32,614 bases of DNA from an uncultured Ruminococcus sp. (GCA_902793915.1 CADBFJ010000001.1:1-32614), one strand, 5' to 3'. Shown: positions 8,226-18,047, numbered from the stretch's first letter. The notes: a model not told the origin generated them from the letters alone. Numbers and translations: made by a program.

Positions 8226-9074
8226 ATGTCGCGCGTCGCAAAGCAGAGCCTTGTCTTTCTTTTGGCTCTTTGCATCGCTCTATTGCCCTCTTGTTCTACC
8301 GTCCGTTTTACCGCCGAGGAGGGCTTTCTCTATATCACCTTCCTTGATGTTGGTCAAGGGGATGCGATCTTACTCCAAACCGACGAAGGAGCCATTCTCA
8401 TCGACGCGGGGACCGAGAAATCCGAGGAAAGCCTCATCATAGAACTTCGGGCGCTCGGCGTCGCATCTCTTGCACTCTTTGTCATGACCCATCCCGATGC
8501 CGACCATATCGGCGGAGCCGACGGGATCATTGGTGCTTTTTCGATCGGCGAAGTCTGGATCTCGGGCGCGCCCTCTGACAGCGCCGCCAACCGCCGCATG
8601 GAGGAGGCGCTCGACCGCAAAGACCTGACTGCCGTCGCAGTGACAGAGGGAACAACCTATACGCTCGAAGCGCTGCGGTTGCTTGTTCTCTCGCCGGTAG
8701 AACCGTCGTCCGACACCAACGCCTCGTCGGTCGTGATCCTCGCCTCGTACGGCGATACCGATCTGCTGCTCATGGGAGATGCGGATCAGAAGGTCGAGAA
8801 GCGCATCGTAGAGGACTACCCTGCGTGGAAGCTCGATTGCGAGATCTTAAAAGCCGGACATCACGGCTCCAAGACGGCAAGCTCCGCGGCCTTCCTCGCG
8901 GTCGCCCTGCCCGAATATACGGTCATCAGTTGTGGAGCGGGGAACTCCTACGGGCACCCGCACGGAGAGGTGCTCGAGCGGCTTTCGGAGGTTGGCTCCG
9001 AGGTGCTTCGCACCGATCTTTCGGGTTCGATTTCTTTTAAGACCGACGGGCGTGAGCTTTCGGTCGGACGATGA
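8226..9074 (+). CDS. ComEC/Rec2-type MBL-fold metallohydrolase, probable lipoprotein
   Basis: FLDVGQGDAIL, THPDADHIGG, LMGDA, LKAGHHGS, YGHPH; signal peptide ending LLPSC; ATG 8226 after GGAGGGG. Confidence 0.85.
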   Translation: MSRVAKQSLVFLLALCIALLPSCSTVRFTAEEGFLYITFLDVGQGDAILLQTDEGAILIDAGTEKSEESLIIELRALGVASLALFVMTHPDADHIGGADGIIGAFSIGEVWISGAPSDSAANRRMEEALDRKDLTAVAVTEGTTYTLEALRLLVLSPVEPSSDTNASSVVILASYGDTDLLLMGDADQKVEKRIVEDYPAWKLDCEILKAGHHGSKTASSAAFLAVALPEYTVISCGAGNSYGHPHGEVLERLSEVGSEVLRTDLSGSISFKTDGRELSVGR

Positions 9075-9096
9075 TTTTTGAAACAGAGGAAACACT

Positions 9097-9810
9097 ATGA
9101 ACATTCTCATCACCGGGGGCTCGCGCGGCATCGGCGCCGCCTGCGTCAAAACGCTTGCAAAAGAGGGACATAAGGTTGCCTTTTTCTATCGCAACAACAA
9201 AGAGGCGGCGGAACAGGTTGCTATGAAGTGCGGCGCGCTTGCCATTCGTGCCGACGTGTCGGATCCCGAAGCGGTCAAAGCCGGGATCGCCGAGGCAGAA
9301 GAAAAGCTCGGGGCGATCGACGCGCTTGTCTGCAACGCGGGGATTTCGCAGAGCAAACTCTTCACCGAGATCACCGACGAGGACTTCCGCAGGATGTGCG
9401 CCACCAATCTTGACGGTGCTTTTTACACGGCGCGCGACGTCGCACGCGGTATGGTCAGGCGGCACTTTGGGAGGATCGTGTTCATCGGCTCCATGTGGGG
9501 CAAGAGCGGAGCTTCCTGCGAGGTGCATTACTCGGCGACCAAGGCGGCGCTCCGCGGCATGACCACGGGACTTGCCAAAGAGCTGGGACCCTCGAACATC
9601 ACGGTCAACTGCGTCGAGCCCGGCGTGATCGATACCGATATGAACAAGAATTTGACCGCGGATGACCTTGCCGTTCTGATCGACGAGACGCCGCTCTGCC
9701 GCGTCGGGACGCCAACGGACGTTGCAAACGCCGTTTCCTTTCTGCTCTCCGAAAAAGCCTCTTTTATCACCGGGCAGATGCTTGGCGTTGACGGTGGGTA
9801 TGCGATCTGA
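9097..9810 (+). CDS. FabG-like SDR, YmfI (EF-P 5-aminopentanone reductase)-like subfamily
   Basis: TGGSRGIG, CNAG, SMWGKSGASCEVHYSATK resembling the YmfI-type WGxxGASCEVxYSxxK signature, PGVIDTDM. Confidence 0.75.
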   Translation: MNILITGGSRGIGAACVKTLAKEGHKVAFFYRNNKEAAEQVAMKCGALAIRADVSDPEAVKAGIAEAEEKLGAIDALVCNAGISQSKLFTEITDEDFRRMCATNLDGAFYTARDVARGMVRRHFGRIVFIGSMWGKSGASCEVHYSATKAALRGMTTGLAKELGPSNITVNCVEPGVIDTDMNKNLTADDLAVLIDETPLCRVGTPTDVANAVSFLLSEKASFITGQMLGVDGGYAI

Positions 9811-9822
9811 AATACAAAAAAC

Positions 9823-9855
9823 AAAACAGCCGACGAAAATCTCGTCGGCTGTTTT
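9823..9855. terminator. Bidirectional terminator between convergent genes
   Basis: AAAACAGCCGACGA-aaatc-TCGTCGGCTGTTTT, perfect 14-bp stem. Confidence 0.85.
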
Positions 9856-10801
9856 ACATGCCAAAAAGACGGCACAACAGCGGGAACAACAGCGCAGCTA
9901 TTCCTCCTTGCAAAAGCTTTGCGGGGAGATAAAATCTGACCGAAAAATTCTGCCGGTCGGTGAGTGACAGGACTTGAAAGAGCACGGCAAACCCCGAAAA
10001 GCCGACCGCAAAGCCCGAGAGCGGCAAGGCGATGTGGGAGGGGAGCGCGGCGGCTTCTTTGAGCCCGCCCGAAAGCTCGGTCAGGCAATAGAAAAACGCC
10101 GAGAGCGCAGGAGGAAAGGACAAAGCGGCAAAACAGTATGCGAGCGTCCGAAAGAGCGCCGAGAAAAAGACGACGTAAGCCGAGACGGTCAAAACGCTTT
10201 TCGTGGCGCTGCGGATGCCGTTTGCCAAAAGGGACGAAAAACGCGGTGCGGGGAAAAACGCTTCTTGCACGCCGTCGCTTTCCTCGCGCCCTCTGCAAAA
10301 GAGAAGTGCAGAGAAGAGCAAGCCGGGCAGGGTCGAGAGCCAGAGGAGCCAGCCGAGTTTGAGGTCTTTGAGAAAGGCGCCTCCAACCGTTCCGACAACG
10401 AATGGAAGCGAGGGAGAGCCAACAAGGCAGAGCAGGCGCTCTGCTTTTTCTTTTGAGAGTATTCCTTTTTCGCAGGCGTCTGCAAGGGCGCGCGCCCCAA
10501 CCGGCGCACCGCAAAAAAGCCCCAAAAGGATCGCGCAGAGCGCCGACGGATTGAGTCCAAAGCGCCGCGCGATTGGCGAAAGGAGCATCCGTTCAAAGTT
10601 CCCCTCGACGAGCATCGAGGAAAGCACAAGACTTGGAAAAAGCGAGGGGACGACCGCTCTTGCACAGAGCAAAAGTCCCTCTATGACCGCCTCTGTTGCA
10701 ATTTTATGATTGCGCAAAAAGAGCGCGTGCAGGAAAAAGAGGGCAAGGCAAAGGAAAAGCCGACCTTTCCCAAACGAATTTCGCGCCCTTTTCCAAGTCA
10801 T
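9854..10801 (-). CDS. ylbJ: Sporulation integral membrane protein, YlbJ-like (divergent)
   Basis: GLLLCARAVVPSLFP, LGLFCGAPVGA, AERLL, ELSGGL, GFSGFAVLFQ; ATG 10801 after AAAGGAGAGG; adjacent to yqfC/yqfD. Confidence 0.7.
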   Translation of the reverse strand: MTWKRARNSFGKGRLFLCLALFFLHALFLRNHKIATEAVIEGLLLCARAVVPSLFPSLVLSSMLVEGNFERMLLSPIARRFGLNPSALCAILLGLFCGAPVGARALADACEKGILSKEKAERLLCLVGSPSLPFVVGTVGGAFLKDLKLGWLLWLSTLPGLLFSALLFCRGREESDGVQEAFFPAPRFSSLLANGIRSATKSVLTVSAYVVFFSALFRTLAYCFAALSFPPALSAFFYCLTELSGGLKEAAALPSHIALPLSGFAVGFSGFAVLFQVLSLTDRQNFSVRFYLPAKLLQGGIAALLFPLLCRLFGM

Positions 10802-10827
10802 GGAATCCTCTCCTTTTTGCATAGAAT
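10798..10827 (+). promoter_or_regulatory. Candidate sigma-E promoter for yqfC-yqfD
   Basis: TCATGGA, 15 bp, CATAGAAT versus sigma-E consensus TCATATT-N15-CATAcaaT; yqfCD is sigma-E-controlled in Bacillus. Confidence 0.5.
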
Positions 10828-10894
10828 GTTTTGCTTTCGCTTCACTCAATTCTTTACGCAAACGCGTCTGTTTTTATGACGGGAAAGGGGAAAA

Positions 10895-11194
10895 ATGAAG
10901 AGCAGGAAAGGTTTTTTCGGGCGAGCCGAAGAAAAGAAAGAGCAAAAGAGCGAAAAAAGACCTCCGTCGTCGCCGCTTGTGGTGCTCCACGGCAGGCGGC
11001 AGGTCGTCCTCTACGATTGCAAAAAGATCTTGCGCTACGAGCACGACGAGATCCTCCTCCTTTGCGGCAAAGAGCGTCTGCTTCTCTGCGGGAAAAGCCT
11101 TTTCTGCGCCTCCTTTTCATCGGGTGCGGTGACGGTTGAAGGGCAACTCTCGTCGCTCTCCTTTTTGGGCGTGGGCGAGGAGGCTGACGCATGA
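10895..11194 (+). CDS. yqfC: YabP/YqfC family sporulation protein
   Basis: 99 aa, PLVVLHGRRQVVLYDCKKILRYEHDEI...GKSL...VTVEGQLSSLSF pattern; ATGA overlap with yqfD. Confidence 0.7.
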   Translation: MKSRKGFFGRAEEKKEQKSEKRPPSSPLVVLHGRRQVVLYDCKKILRYEHDEILLLCGKERLLLCGKSLFCASFSSGAVTVEGQLSSLSFLGVGEEADA

Positions 11195-12366
11195 ATTTCT
11201 TTTCCGCACTGCTCGGGCGCGAGCGCTTTTTTGTCAAAGAAGAGGATCTCGGCGCGCTTTGGAATCTCTTTCTTTTTGAGAGCTTCTCTTTTTCGGAATT
11301 TACCTTTGAAGAGGGGGGCGCCTCCTTTTGGGTGCTTGCGATCGACGTAAAGAAGCTACGCAGACGGGCTGACAAGGCGCATCTTTCGCTTGCTTGCACA
11401 GCGCGACGCGGGCTTCCCGCGCTCTTTCACCGATACCGTAACCGCTGGGGATTGATTGTCGGCGGTCTTGCCGCGCTTTTTTTGCTCTTCCTGTCTTCTC
11501 GCGTTGTTTGGGACGTGCGGATCAGCGGCAACGAGATCATCCCGACCGGCGAGATCGAGGCGCTGCTTGAGGAAAACGGACTGTTTGCGGGCGCGAGATT
11601 GCGCGACATTCACGCGGGCGAGCTCGAAAACCGCGTGCTCATCTCGACCGACAAGATCGCGTGGCTTTCGGTAAATCTTTCGGGGACGGTCGCTCACGTG
11701 CAGGTAATGGAGAGTGTGGAGCCTCCCGCGTCCGAGAGCACAAATCCTGCCAATCTCGTGGCGGCACGTGACGGGCAGATCGAACTTTTGCAGCTTTACA
11801 GAGGCAAGAGTGTGGTGAAGATCGGGCAGGCGGTCAGGGAGGGCGAACTGCTGGTCAGCGGCATCTCGGACAGTCGAGACGGCGGTTTCTTTTATACTCG
11901 TGCCGCGGGGGAAGTGCTGGCGCGCACCGCGCGCGAAGTTCGGGTCGAAATTCCTTTTACTTCCACCGAGGAGAGGACGGTAGGGGAGCGTGTCGGCGAA
12001 ATTTCGCTCCGCTTCTTTCATCTTTGTGCAAAAATTTACAAAAGGGCTGGAAAAGAGGGGGAGGATTGTGCTATAATAGAAGTGCAAAAAGGACTTGATG
12101 GTGCGGGGCTTTCCCGCCTCCCGGTCTTTTTGGATCTTACGCTCTTTTGCGAGCGCGAAAGCGTGGAAGTCCTCCGCACGCCGGCGGAAGCGCTGGAGCT
12201 TGCCTTTGCCGCGCTCGACGAAGAACTTGCGCGGCTTTCGGATGATACGCAACTGCTCTCAAAAGAAATCAGGACCGAGTGGGGAGACGAGAGCGTCACG
12301 CTCGTTTGCTCGCTTCGCTGTATCGAGAACATTGCAAAACAAGTGGAATTTGAAGTATTGCCTTAA
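11191..12366 (+). CDS. yqfD: Sporulation protein YqfD (SpoIV-type)
   Basis: RRGLP, single TM helix, VWDVRISGN, IAWLSVNLSGT, NLVAARDGQI, GELLVSG, C-terminal CIENIA; upstream of phoH. Confidence 0.88.
   Translation: MNFFSALLGRERFFVKEEDLGALWNLFLFESFSFSEFTFEEGGASFWVLAIDVKKLRRRADKAHLSLACTARRGLPALFHRYRNRWGLIVGGLAALFLLFLSSRVVWDVRISGNEIIPTGEIEALLEENGLFAGARLRDIHAGELENRVLISTDKIAWLSVNLSGTVAHVQVMESVEPPASESTNPANLVAARDGQIELLQLYRGKSVVKIGQAVREGELLVSGISDSRDGGFFYTRAAGEVLARTAREVRVEIPFTSTEERTVGERVGEISLRFFHLCAKIYKRAGKEGEDCAIIEVQKGLDGAGLSRLPVFLDLTLFCERESVEVLRTPAEALELAFAALDEELARLSDDTQLLSKEIRTEWGDESVTLVCSLRCIENIAKQVEFEVLP
12048..12077 (+). promoter_or_regulatory. Candidate internal sigma-A promoter inside yqfD for phoH-ybeY-era-recO-mutS2
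   Basis: TGTGCTATAAT extended -10 (TATAAT at 12072-12077), with TGGAAA 18 bp upstream. Confidence 0.5.
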
Positions 12367-12386
12367 GAAAGGACTTTTCAAAGGTT

Positions 12387-13415
12387 ATGAACCGAAAAAT
12401 CATTCGTGTGGATTCGCCTGACGCTACGGCAAAGATCTTCGGTGATCTCGACGCCAACGCGCGCCTTGTGGAAGCACGCTTCGGCGTTACTCTGCGCAAC
12501 CGCGAAGGGTCGATCCTCATTGAAGGCGCCGACGAGGGGCGTGTAGAGGATGCCGCAAAATGCCTCTTTTACCTTGCCGAACTTGCCGATAAGACCGACG
12601 AGATCGGCGAGCAAGCGGTGCAATACGCGGTCGATACGATCGCCTCGGGCGAGGGCGAGAGCCTTTCGGCGCTTGGCGATGAGTGCATCTGCGTCACCGC
12701 AAAAGGAAAACCGATCAAGGCAAAAACGATCGGGCAGCAACAATATATGGAAGCGATCCGCAAGAACGACATCGTGCTCGGCGTGGGACCTGCGGGGACC
12801 GGCAAAACCTTCCTTGCCGTTGCCGCCGCGGTGCGCGCCCTGCGGCAAAAGCAGGTCACGCGCATCATTCTGACCCGTCCCGCCATCGAAGCGGGCGAGA
12901 AGCTCGGCTTCCTTCCGGGCGACCTGCAAAGCAAAATCGATCCTTACCTGCGCCCGCTCTACGACGCGCTCTACGAGATGCTCGGAGTGGAAACCTACCA
13001 AAAGCTCCTCGAAAAGGGGATCATTGAGATCGCGCCACTCGCCTATATGAGAGGGCGAACGCTCGACGACTCCTTCATCATCCTCGATGAAGCGCAAAAC
13101 GCGACGCCCGAGCAGATGAAGATGTTTTTGACGCGGCTTGGCTTTGGCTCCAAAGCGGTGGTCACGGGAGATTTGACACAAACCGACCTGCCGCATGGGC
13201 AAAAGAGCGGGCTCTCGACCGCCGTCAAGATTCTTGACGGGATCGAGGGCATCGGGATCCACGCCTTTACCGAGCGCGACGTTGTGCGCCACAAGCTGGT
13301 GCAAAGAATTATTAAGGCATATGAAAAATACGACCGCGAGCTCGAGCGAAGAGAAGCCGAACGCCGCCGTGCGCGCGTCGAGAAAAAAGTAAAACCGACT
13401 GGAGAGAACAAATAA
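12387..13415 (+). CDS. phoH: PhoH family ATPase
   Basis: GPAGTGKT, LTRPAIEAGEKLGFLPGDL, APLAYMRGRTL, ILDEAQN, GDLTQTDLP, DVVRH. Confidence 0.96.
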   Translation: MNRKIIRVDSPDATAKIFGDLDANARLVEARFGVTLRNREGSILIEGADEGRVEDAAKCLFYLAELADKTDEIGEQAVQYAVDTIASGEGESLSALGDECICVTAKGKPIKAKTIGQQQYMEAIRKNDIVLGVGPAGTGKTFLAVAAAVRALRQKQVTRIILTRPAIEAGEKLGFLPGDLQSKIDPYLRPLYDALYEMLGVETYQKLLEKGIIEIAPLAYMRGRTLDDSFIILDEAQNATPEQMKMFLTRLGFGSKAVVTGDLTQTDLPHGQKSGLSTAVKILDGIEGIGIHAFTERDVVRHKLVQRIIKAYEKYDRELERREAERRRARVEKKVKPTGENK

Positions 13416-13909
13416 TGGACGAGATCATGTTACGCGTGGATTTTGAAAACAAACAGAAGATCCTACCCTTGACCTACAAACTCAAAATGCTCTGCCGCCG
13501 CGCGGTGGAAGAAACGCTTGCCTATGAGCAATACCAGAACCCTGCCGAAGTTTCAATCACCTTTGTGGACGACGCGGGGATCCGAGAGCTCAACAAGCAG
13601 TTTCGCCTCATTGACCGCCCGACCGACGTGCTTTCTTTCCCGCTCTTTGACTACGAGGGCGAGAGCGACGAGCCGCCTGTGGACGAGCTTGTCGGCATGC
13701 TCGGCGACGTGGTGATCTCGCTCGAAACCGCCGCTCGCCAAGCCGAGGAGTACGGGCATAGCCTCGAAGAGGAAGTGGCTTTCTTAACGGTTCACTCGAT
13801 GCTTCATTTGCTCGGGTACGATCACGAAACGAGCGCAGAGGACGAAAAAGAGATGTTTGGGCGCCAGGACGCCGTGATGAAGCGTATGGGATACGCGCCC
13901 CGCTATTGA
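13415..13909 (+). CDS. ybeY: rRNA maturation RNase YbeY
   Basis: TDVLSFP, LGDVVIS, HSMLHLLGYDH. Confidence 0.96.
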   Translation: MDEIMLRVDFENKQKILPLTYKLKMLCRRAVEETLAYEQYQNPAEVSITFVDDAGIRELNKQFRLIDRPTDVLSFPLFDYEGESDEPPVDELVGMLGDVVISLETAARQAEEYGHSLEEEVAFLTVHSMLHLLGYDHETSAEDEKEMFGRQDAVMKRMGYAPRY

Positions 13910-13916
13910 GAAGACG

Positions 13917-14801
13917 ATGAAAAGAACAGGATTTTTCGGCATCGTGGGGCGCCCCAACGTGGGCAAATCCACGCTGCTCAACACAATTTTGGGACAGAAG
14001 ATCGCCATTGTTTCGGACAAGCCTCAAACCACGCGGGGACGCATTGCGGGGATTGAAACGCGCGGCGAGGATCAGTTCGTGTTCCTCGATACGCCGGGCA
14101 TCTTCCGCTCCAAAAATTCGCTTGGCGATTATATGGTGAAGACCGCCAACAGCACCATGCAGGAAGCCGACGCGGTCATTCTCGTTGCCGACGCGGGATT
14201 TCCCCCCGAAGAGGTTGAAAAGCGCGTCATTCAATATCTGAAGCAGTCGGGAACGCCCGGGATCCTTGTGCTCAACAAGGTCGATCTCTATCGCGGCGAA
14301 ACGATCGGCAACACGATCCTTGCCTATGCCGCGCTTCACGACTTTTGCGCCGTCATTCCGATCAGCGCCAAAAAGGGCAAACAGGTGGACGAGCTGCTTG
14401 ATGAATGCGCCAAACTCCTCCACGAGGGCGAGTGGTTTTACGGCGAGGACGACGTGACCGACCAACCGATGCGCCTGATCGCCGCCGAAGTCATCCGCGA
14501 AAAGATCCTTCGGACGCTCGACAAAGAAGTTCCGCACGGCGTGGCGGTCATCATTGAAGAATACAAGACCGACGGCGGTGTGGTCAACATCCGCGCCGAG
14601 ATCTTCTGCGAAAAAGAGTCGCATAAGGGGATCCTGGTCGGCAAGGGCGGCGAGACGCTCAAACGCATCGGCTCCTATGCCCGAGAAGATCTCGAAAAGA
14701 TGCTCGAATGTAAAGTGTTCCTCGACCTTTGGGTCAAGGTCAAAGCCAACTGGCGCGACAGCCAGAGATGGGTGTTGAGCTTTGGGTTCAACGACGATTG
14801 A
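13917..14801 (+). CDS. era: GTPase Era
   Basis: GRPNVGKST, PQTTR, DTPG, NKVD, KH domain with GILVGKGG. Confidence 0.97.
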   Translation: MKRTGFFGIVGRPNVGKSTLLNTILGQKIAIVSDKPQTTRGRIAGIETRGEDQFVFLDTPGIFRSKNSLGDYMVKTANSTMQEADAVILVADAGFPPEEVEKRVIQYLKQSGTPGILVLNKVDLYRGETIGNTILAYAALHDFCAVIPISAKKGKQVDELLDECAKLLHEGEWFYGEDDVTDQPMRLIAAEVIREKILRTLDKEVPHGVAVIIEEYKTDGGVVNIRAEIFCEKESHKGILVGKGGETLKRIGSYAREDLEKMLECKVFLDLWVKVKANWRDSQRWVLSFGFNDD

Positions 14802-14834
14802 TTTTGAATGAAATTCGGAAAGGGGGAGCCTCCC

Positions 14835-15623
14835 ATGCAGCACGAAGCGGTGGACGGCATCGTGATCCGCGTCAAGGACTACGGAGAGCACGATCGCTAT
14901 CTGACGGTACTGACGCAGGGCGGACGGATCCCGCTCCTTTCCAAAGGCAGCCGCTCGATGCGCGGGGCGCAGATGGCGGTCAGCCAACTTTATACTTACG
15001 GCAATTTTGAATACTACCGCAAGGGCACGGCGGTGCCGATCCTCAAAGGGGGAAGCGCTCTACAACCCTTTTACGGGCTTGCGACCGACCTGGAAAAGCT
15101 CAATCTTGCCGCCTATTTCTGCGATCTTGCCTATGAACTAAGCGACGAAGGAGAGGACGTGGGGGAGCTTCTCCGACTGCTTCTCAACGCGCTCTATGCC
15201 GTCAGTTTTGACCGCTATCCCCCGGAGCTTGTCAAAGCGGCGCTCGAGTTCCGCTTGTCCGCGATCTCGGGATATGCGCCCGACCTTACCGCCTGCCATC
15301 GGTGCGGCTCGACCGACGCCGCGGGTTATTACCTCGACGTGATGAACGGCGCTCTCATTTGTGAGTCCTGCCTGCGTGCGACCGATCGGCAGCCTGCCCC
15401 TCCCGAAGACCCTGCAGGGATCGGCGCGCTCTGCCCGCTTTCTCCTTCGGGACTTGCGGCGCTGCGCTACCTGCTCTCGTCACCCGTCGAGCGCGTCTTT
15501 TCGTTTTCGCTCTCGGATGAGGACGAGCGTGCGGCATTTTGCAAAGCGGCGGAAACCTATCTGCTCTCACATTTGGGGCGGGGGTTTGATTCGCTTGATT
15601 TTTACCACTCTATCAAAGGATGA
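14835..15623 (+). CDS. recO: DNA repair protein RecO
   Basis: GIVIRVKDYGEHDRYLTVLT, GYAPDLTACHRCG...GALICESC zinc finger; follows era. Confidence 0.92.
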   Translation: MQHEAVDGIVIRVKDYGEHDRYLTVLTQGGRIPLLSKGSRSMRGAQMAVSQLYTYGNFEYYRKGTAVPILKGGSALQPFYGLATDLEKLNLAAYFCDLAYELSDEGEDVGELLRLLLNALYAVSFDRYPPELVKAALEFRLSAISGYAPDLTACHRCGSTDAAGYYLDVMNGALICESCLRATDRQPAPPEDPAGIGALCPLSPSGLAALRYLLSSPVERVFSFSLSDEDERAAFCKAAETYLLSHLGRGFDSLDFYHSIKG

Positions 15624-18013
15624 AGATTATGATCGCTTCGGAAAGAGCCTTGATGGCGCTTGAATTTGATAAGATCCGCGCCCTGCTTGCCGATTCGGCA
15701 CCCACCGAGGGGGCGGTCTCTCTTGCGCTTTGCCTGACCCCATCGGACGATTATGACGAGGTGAAACGTCGCCTTGCCCGCACGAGCGACGCAAAACGCC
15801 TCTGCGACGCAAAAGGGGCGGCGCCCTTCGGAAGCGTGCCCGATCTTTCCGCCGCCTGCGAGCGCGCCGAAAAGGGCGCCACGCTTTCAACGCGCGAACT
15901 GCTCGACGCGGCAAGGCTCCTGACCTCCGCGCGGCAGGTGTCGGATTATTTCAAACAAAACAGCCCGTTTCCGACCGTGCTGGACGAGATTGCCGATCGG
16001 CTTCTCCCAAACCGGCATTTGGAGGAAACCATCAAACGGTCGATCCTCTCGGAAGATATGATCGCGGACGAGGCAAGTCCACTGCTTGCCGAATTGCGCC
16101 GCAAGATCCGCGAGGCGAACAGCAAAATCAAGGAAACGCTGCAGCGCTATGTGAGCGGTTCCTATTCCAAAGTGCTGCAGGATAACATCATCACAATGCG
16201 CGGCGGCAGATACGTCGTGCCGGTCAAAGCCGAGTGCAAAAACGACCTCAAGGGGTTGATTCACGACACTTCTTCCTCGGGTGCCACCATTTTTGTGGAG
16301 CCCATGGCGGTGGTCGAAGCCAACAACGAACTGCGCGTTCTGCAATCCAAAGAGGAACACGAGATCGAACGCATCCTATACGATCTTTCGGCGCAGGTTT
16401 CGTCGTCGGCGGAGAGCTTGCGGCTCAATTATCTCAATCTGACCGACCTTGCTTTTGCCTTTGCCTGCGCCGAGCTTTCCTATCGGATGAGGGCAACCGA
16501 AGCGACCGTCACAAAGGATCACAGCTTGTCCTTGCAAAAGGCACGGCATCCGCTCATCGACAAAACGGTGGTTGTCCCGACCGATATCCGCGTGGGGAAG
16601 GACTACGATACGCTCATTATCACCGGTCCAAACACAGGCGGTAAAACGGTCGCGCTCAAAACGGTCGGTCTATTTGCGCTCATGACGCAATCGGGTCTGC
16701 ACATTCCAGCCGACGAGGGCTCTCACCTTTCGGTTTTCGATCACATTCTGGTCGACCTCGGCGACGAGCAGAGCATCGAGCAGTCGCTTTCCACCTTCTC
16801 CTCGCACATGGTCAACATCGTGCGGATCGTGGAGAATGTGACCGATCGCTCGCTCTGCCTTTTTGACGAACTCGGCGCGGGGACCGATCCGATCGAGGGT
16901 GCGGCTCTGGCACGCTCGATCATTGAGGAAGTACGAGACGCCGGAGCGCTCTGCGTTGCTACCACGCATTATACCGAACTGAAAACCTACGCGCTTGAGA
17001 CCGACGGGGTCGAGAACGCTTCCTGCGAGTTTGACGTCACGACGCTTCGCCCGACCTATCGTCTGCTCATCGGGCTTCCCGGCAAGTCCAACGCCTTTGC
17101 CATTTCGGAAAAGCTCGGGCTTTCGGGCAAAATCATAAAGCGCGCGCAGGCGCACGTCAACGGGGATCATCATCGCTTTGAAGCTCTGCTCGGCGAACTT
17201 GAAGAAAAGCGGATCGCGTCCGAACGCGCGCTTGAGGAAGCGCAAGCAATCAAAGCAGAATACGAAGCGCTCAAAGCAGGCGCCGAAGTCGAACTCAAAA
17301 AGAAGTTTGCCGACGAAAAGAGAAAGACCGAAGACGCGCGCAGGCGCGCCGAGAGCATTTTGGCAAGTGCCAAAGCCACGAGCGAGTTTGTGCTCGGCGA
17401 GCTGGAAAAAGCGAAAAAAGCCGAGGAAGCGGGCAAGCTCTCCGAAACGCTCGAAAGTACCCGCCGCGCCGTTCGCCGCGCCATCCGCGAGAGCGATGAC
17501 AAGGTCAACCCGGTGGAAAAACAGAAAAACGAAAACTACGTTCTTCCGAGAGCGCTCAAAAAGGGCGATCGGGTACTGCTTGTCAACCTCGGGACCGAGG
17601 GAACTGTGCTCGAACTGCCCGACGCGTCCGGGATCGTTCTGGTGCAAGCCGGCATCCTTAAAACCCGCGCCGCGCTTTCGGATCTTCGCCTCGTGGAAGA
17701 AGAGTCGACCGTTGAGGTTGCGGGGAAGCGGCAAGCGCTTTCCAACTATCGGCGCGCGCCCGCCATGGATTTCCGGGATGAGATCGATCTGCGCGGGATG
17801 CTCGGCGACGAGGCGTGGAATCGCGTCGATAAGTATTTTGACGACGCGCTCCTGACCGGCTTTCGCAAGGTGCGCCTGATCCATGGCAAAGGGACCGGAG
17901 CGCTCAAAAAAGCCCTTTGGGAAAGACTCAAGCGCGACCGCAGAGTAGCGTCTTTCCGCCTTGCCGAATATGGGGAAGGGGACGCCGGCGTCACGGTCGT
18001 CGAACTCAAATAA
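15620..18013 (+). CDS. mutS2: MutS2 family ATPase with KOW and Smr domains
   Basis: LEFDKI, IHDTSSSGATIFVEP, ITGPNTGGKT, QSLSTFSSH, DELGAGTDP; Smr EIDLRG...IHGKGTG...GEGDAGVT. Confidence 0.96.
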   Translation: MKIMIASERALMALEFDKIRALLADSAPTEGAVSLALCLTPSDDYDEVKRRLARTSDAKRLCDAKGAAPFGSVPDLSAACERAEKGATLSTRELLDAARLLTSARQVSDYFKQNSPFPTVLDEIADRLLPNRHLEETIKRSILSEDMIADEASPLLAELRRKIREANSKIKETLQRYVSGSYSKVLQDNIITMRGGRYVVPVKAECKNDLKGLIHDTSSSGATIFVEPMAVVEANNELRVLQSKEEHEIERILYDLSAQVSSSAESLRLNYLNLTDLAFAFACAELSYRMRATEATVTKDHSLSLQKARHPLIDKTVVVPTDIRVGKDYDTLIITGPNTGGKTVALKTVGLFALMTQSGLHIPADEGSHLSVFDHILVDLGDEQSIEQSLSTFSSHMVNIVRIVENVTDRSLCLFDELGAGTDPIEGAALARSIIEEVRDAGALCVATTHYTELKTYALETDGVENASCEFDVTTLRPTYRLLIGLPGKSNAFAISEKLGLSGKIIKRAQAHVNGDHHRFEALLGELEEKRIASERALEEAQAIKAEYEALKAGAEVELKKKFADEKRKTEDARRRAESILASAKATSEFVLGELEKAKKAEEAGKLSETLESTRRAVRRAIRESDDKVNPVEKQKNENYVLPRALKKGDRVLLVNLGTEGTVLELPDASGIVLVQAGILKTRAALSDLRLVEEESTVEVAGKRQALSNYRRAPAMDFRDEIDLRGMLGDEAWNRVDKYFDDALLTGFRKVRLIHGKGTGALKKALWERLKRDRRVASFRLAEYGEGDAGVTVVELK

Positions 18014-18047
18014 CAAGATTTGTCGAAAACTTTTTTCCAAAAAAATC

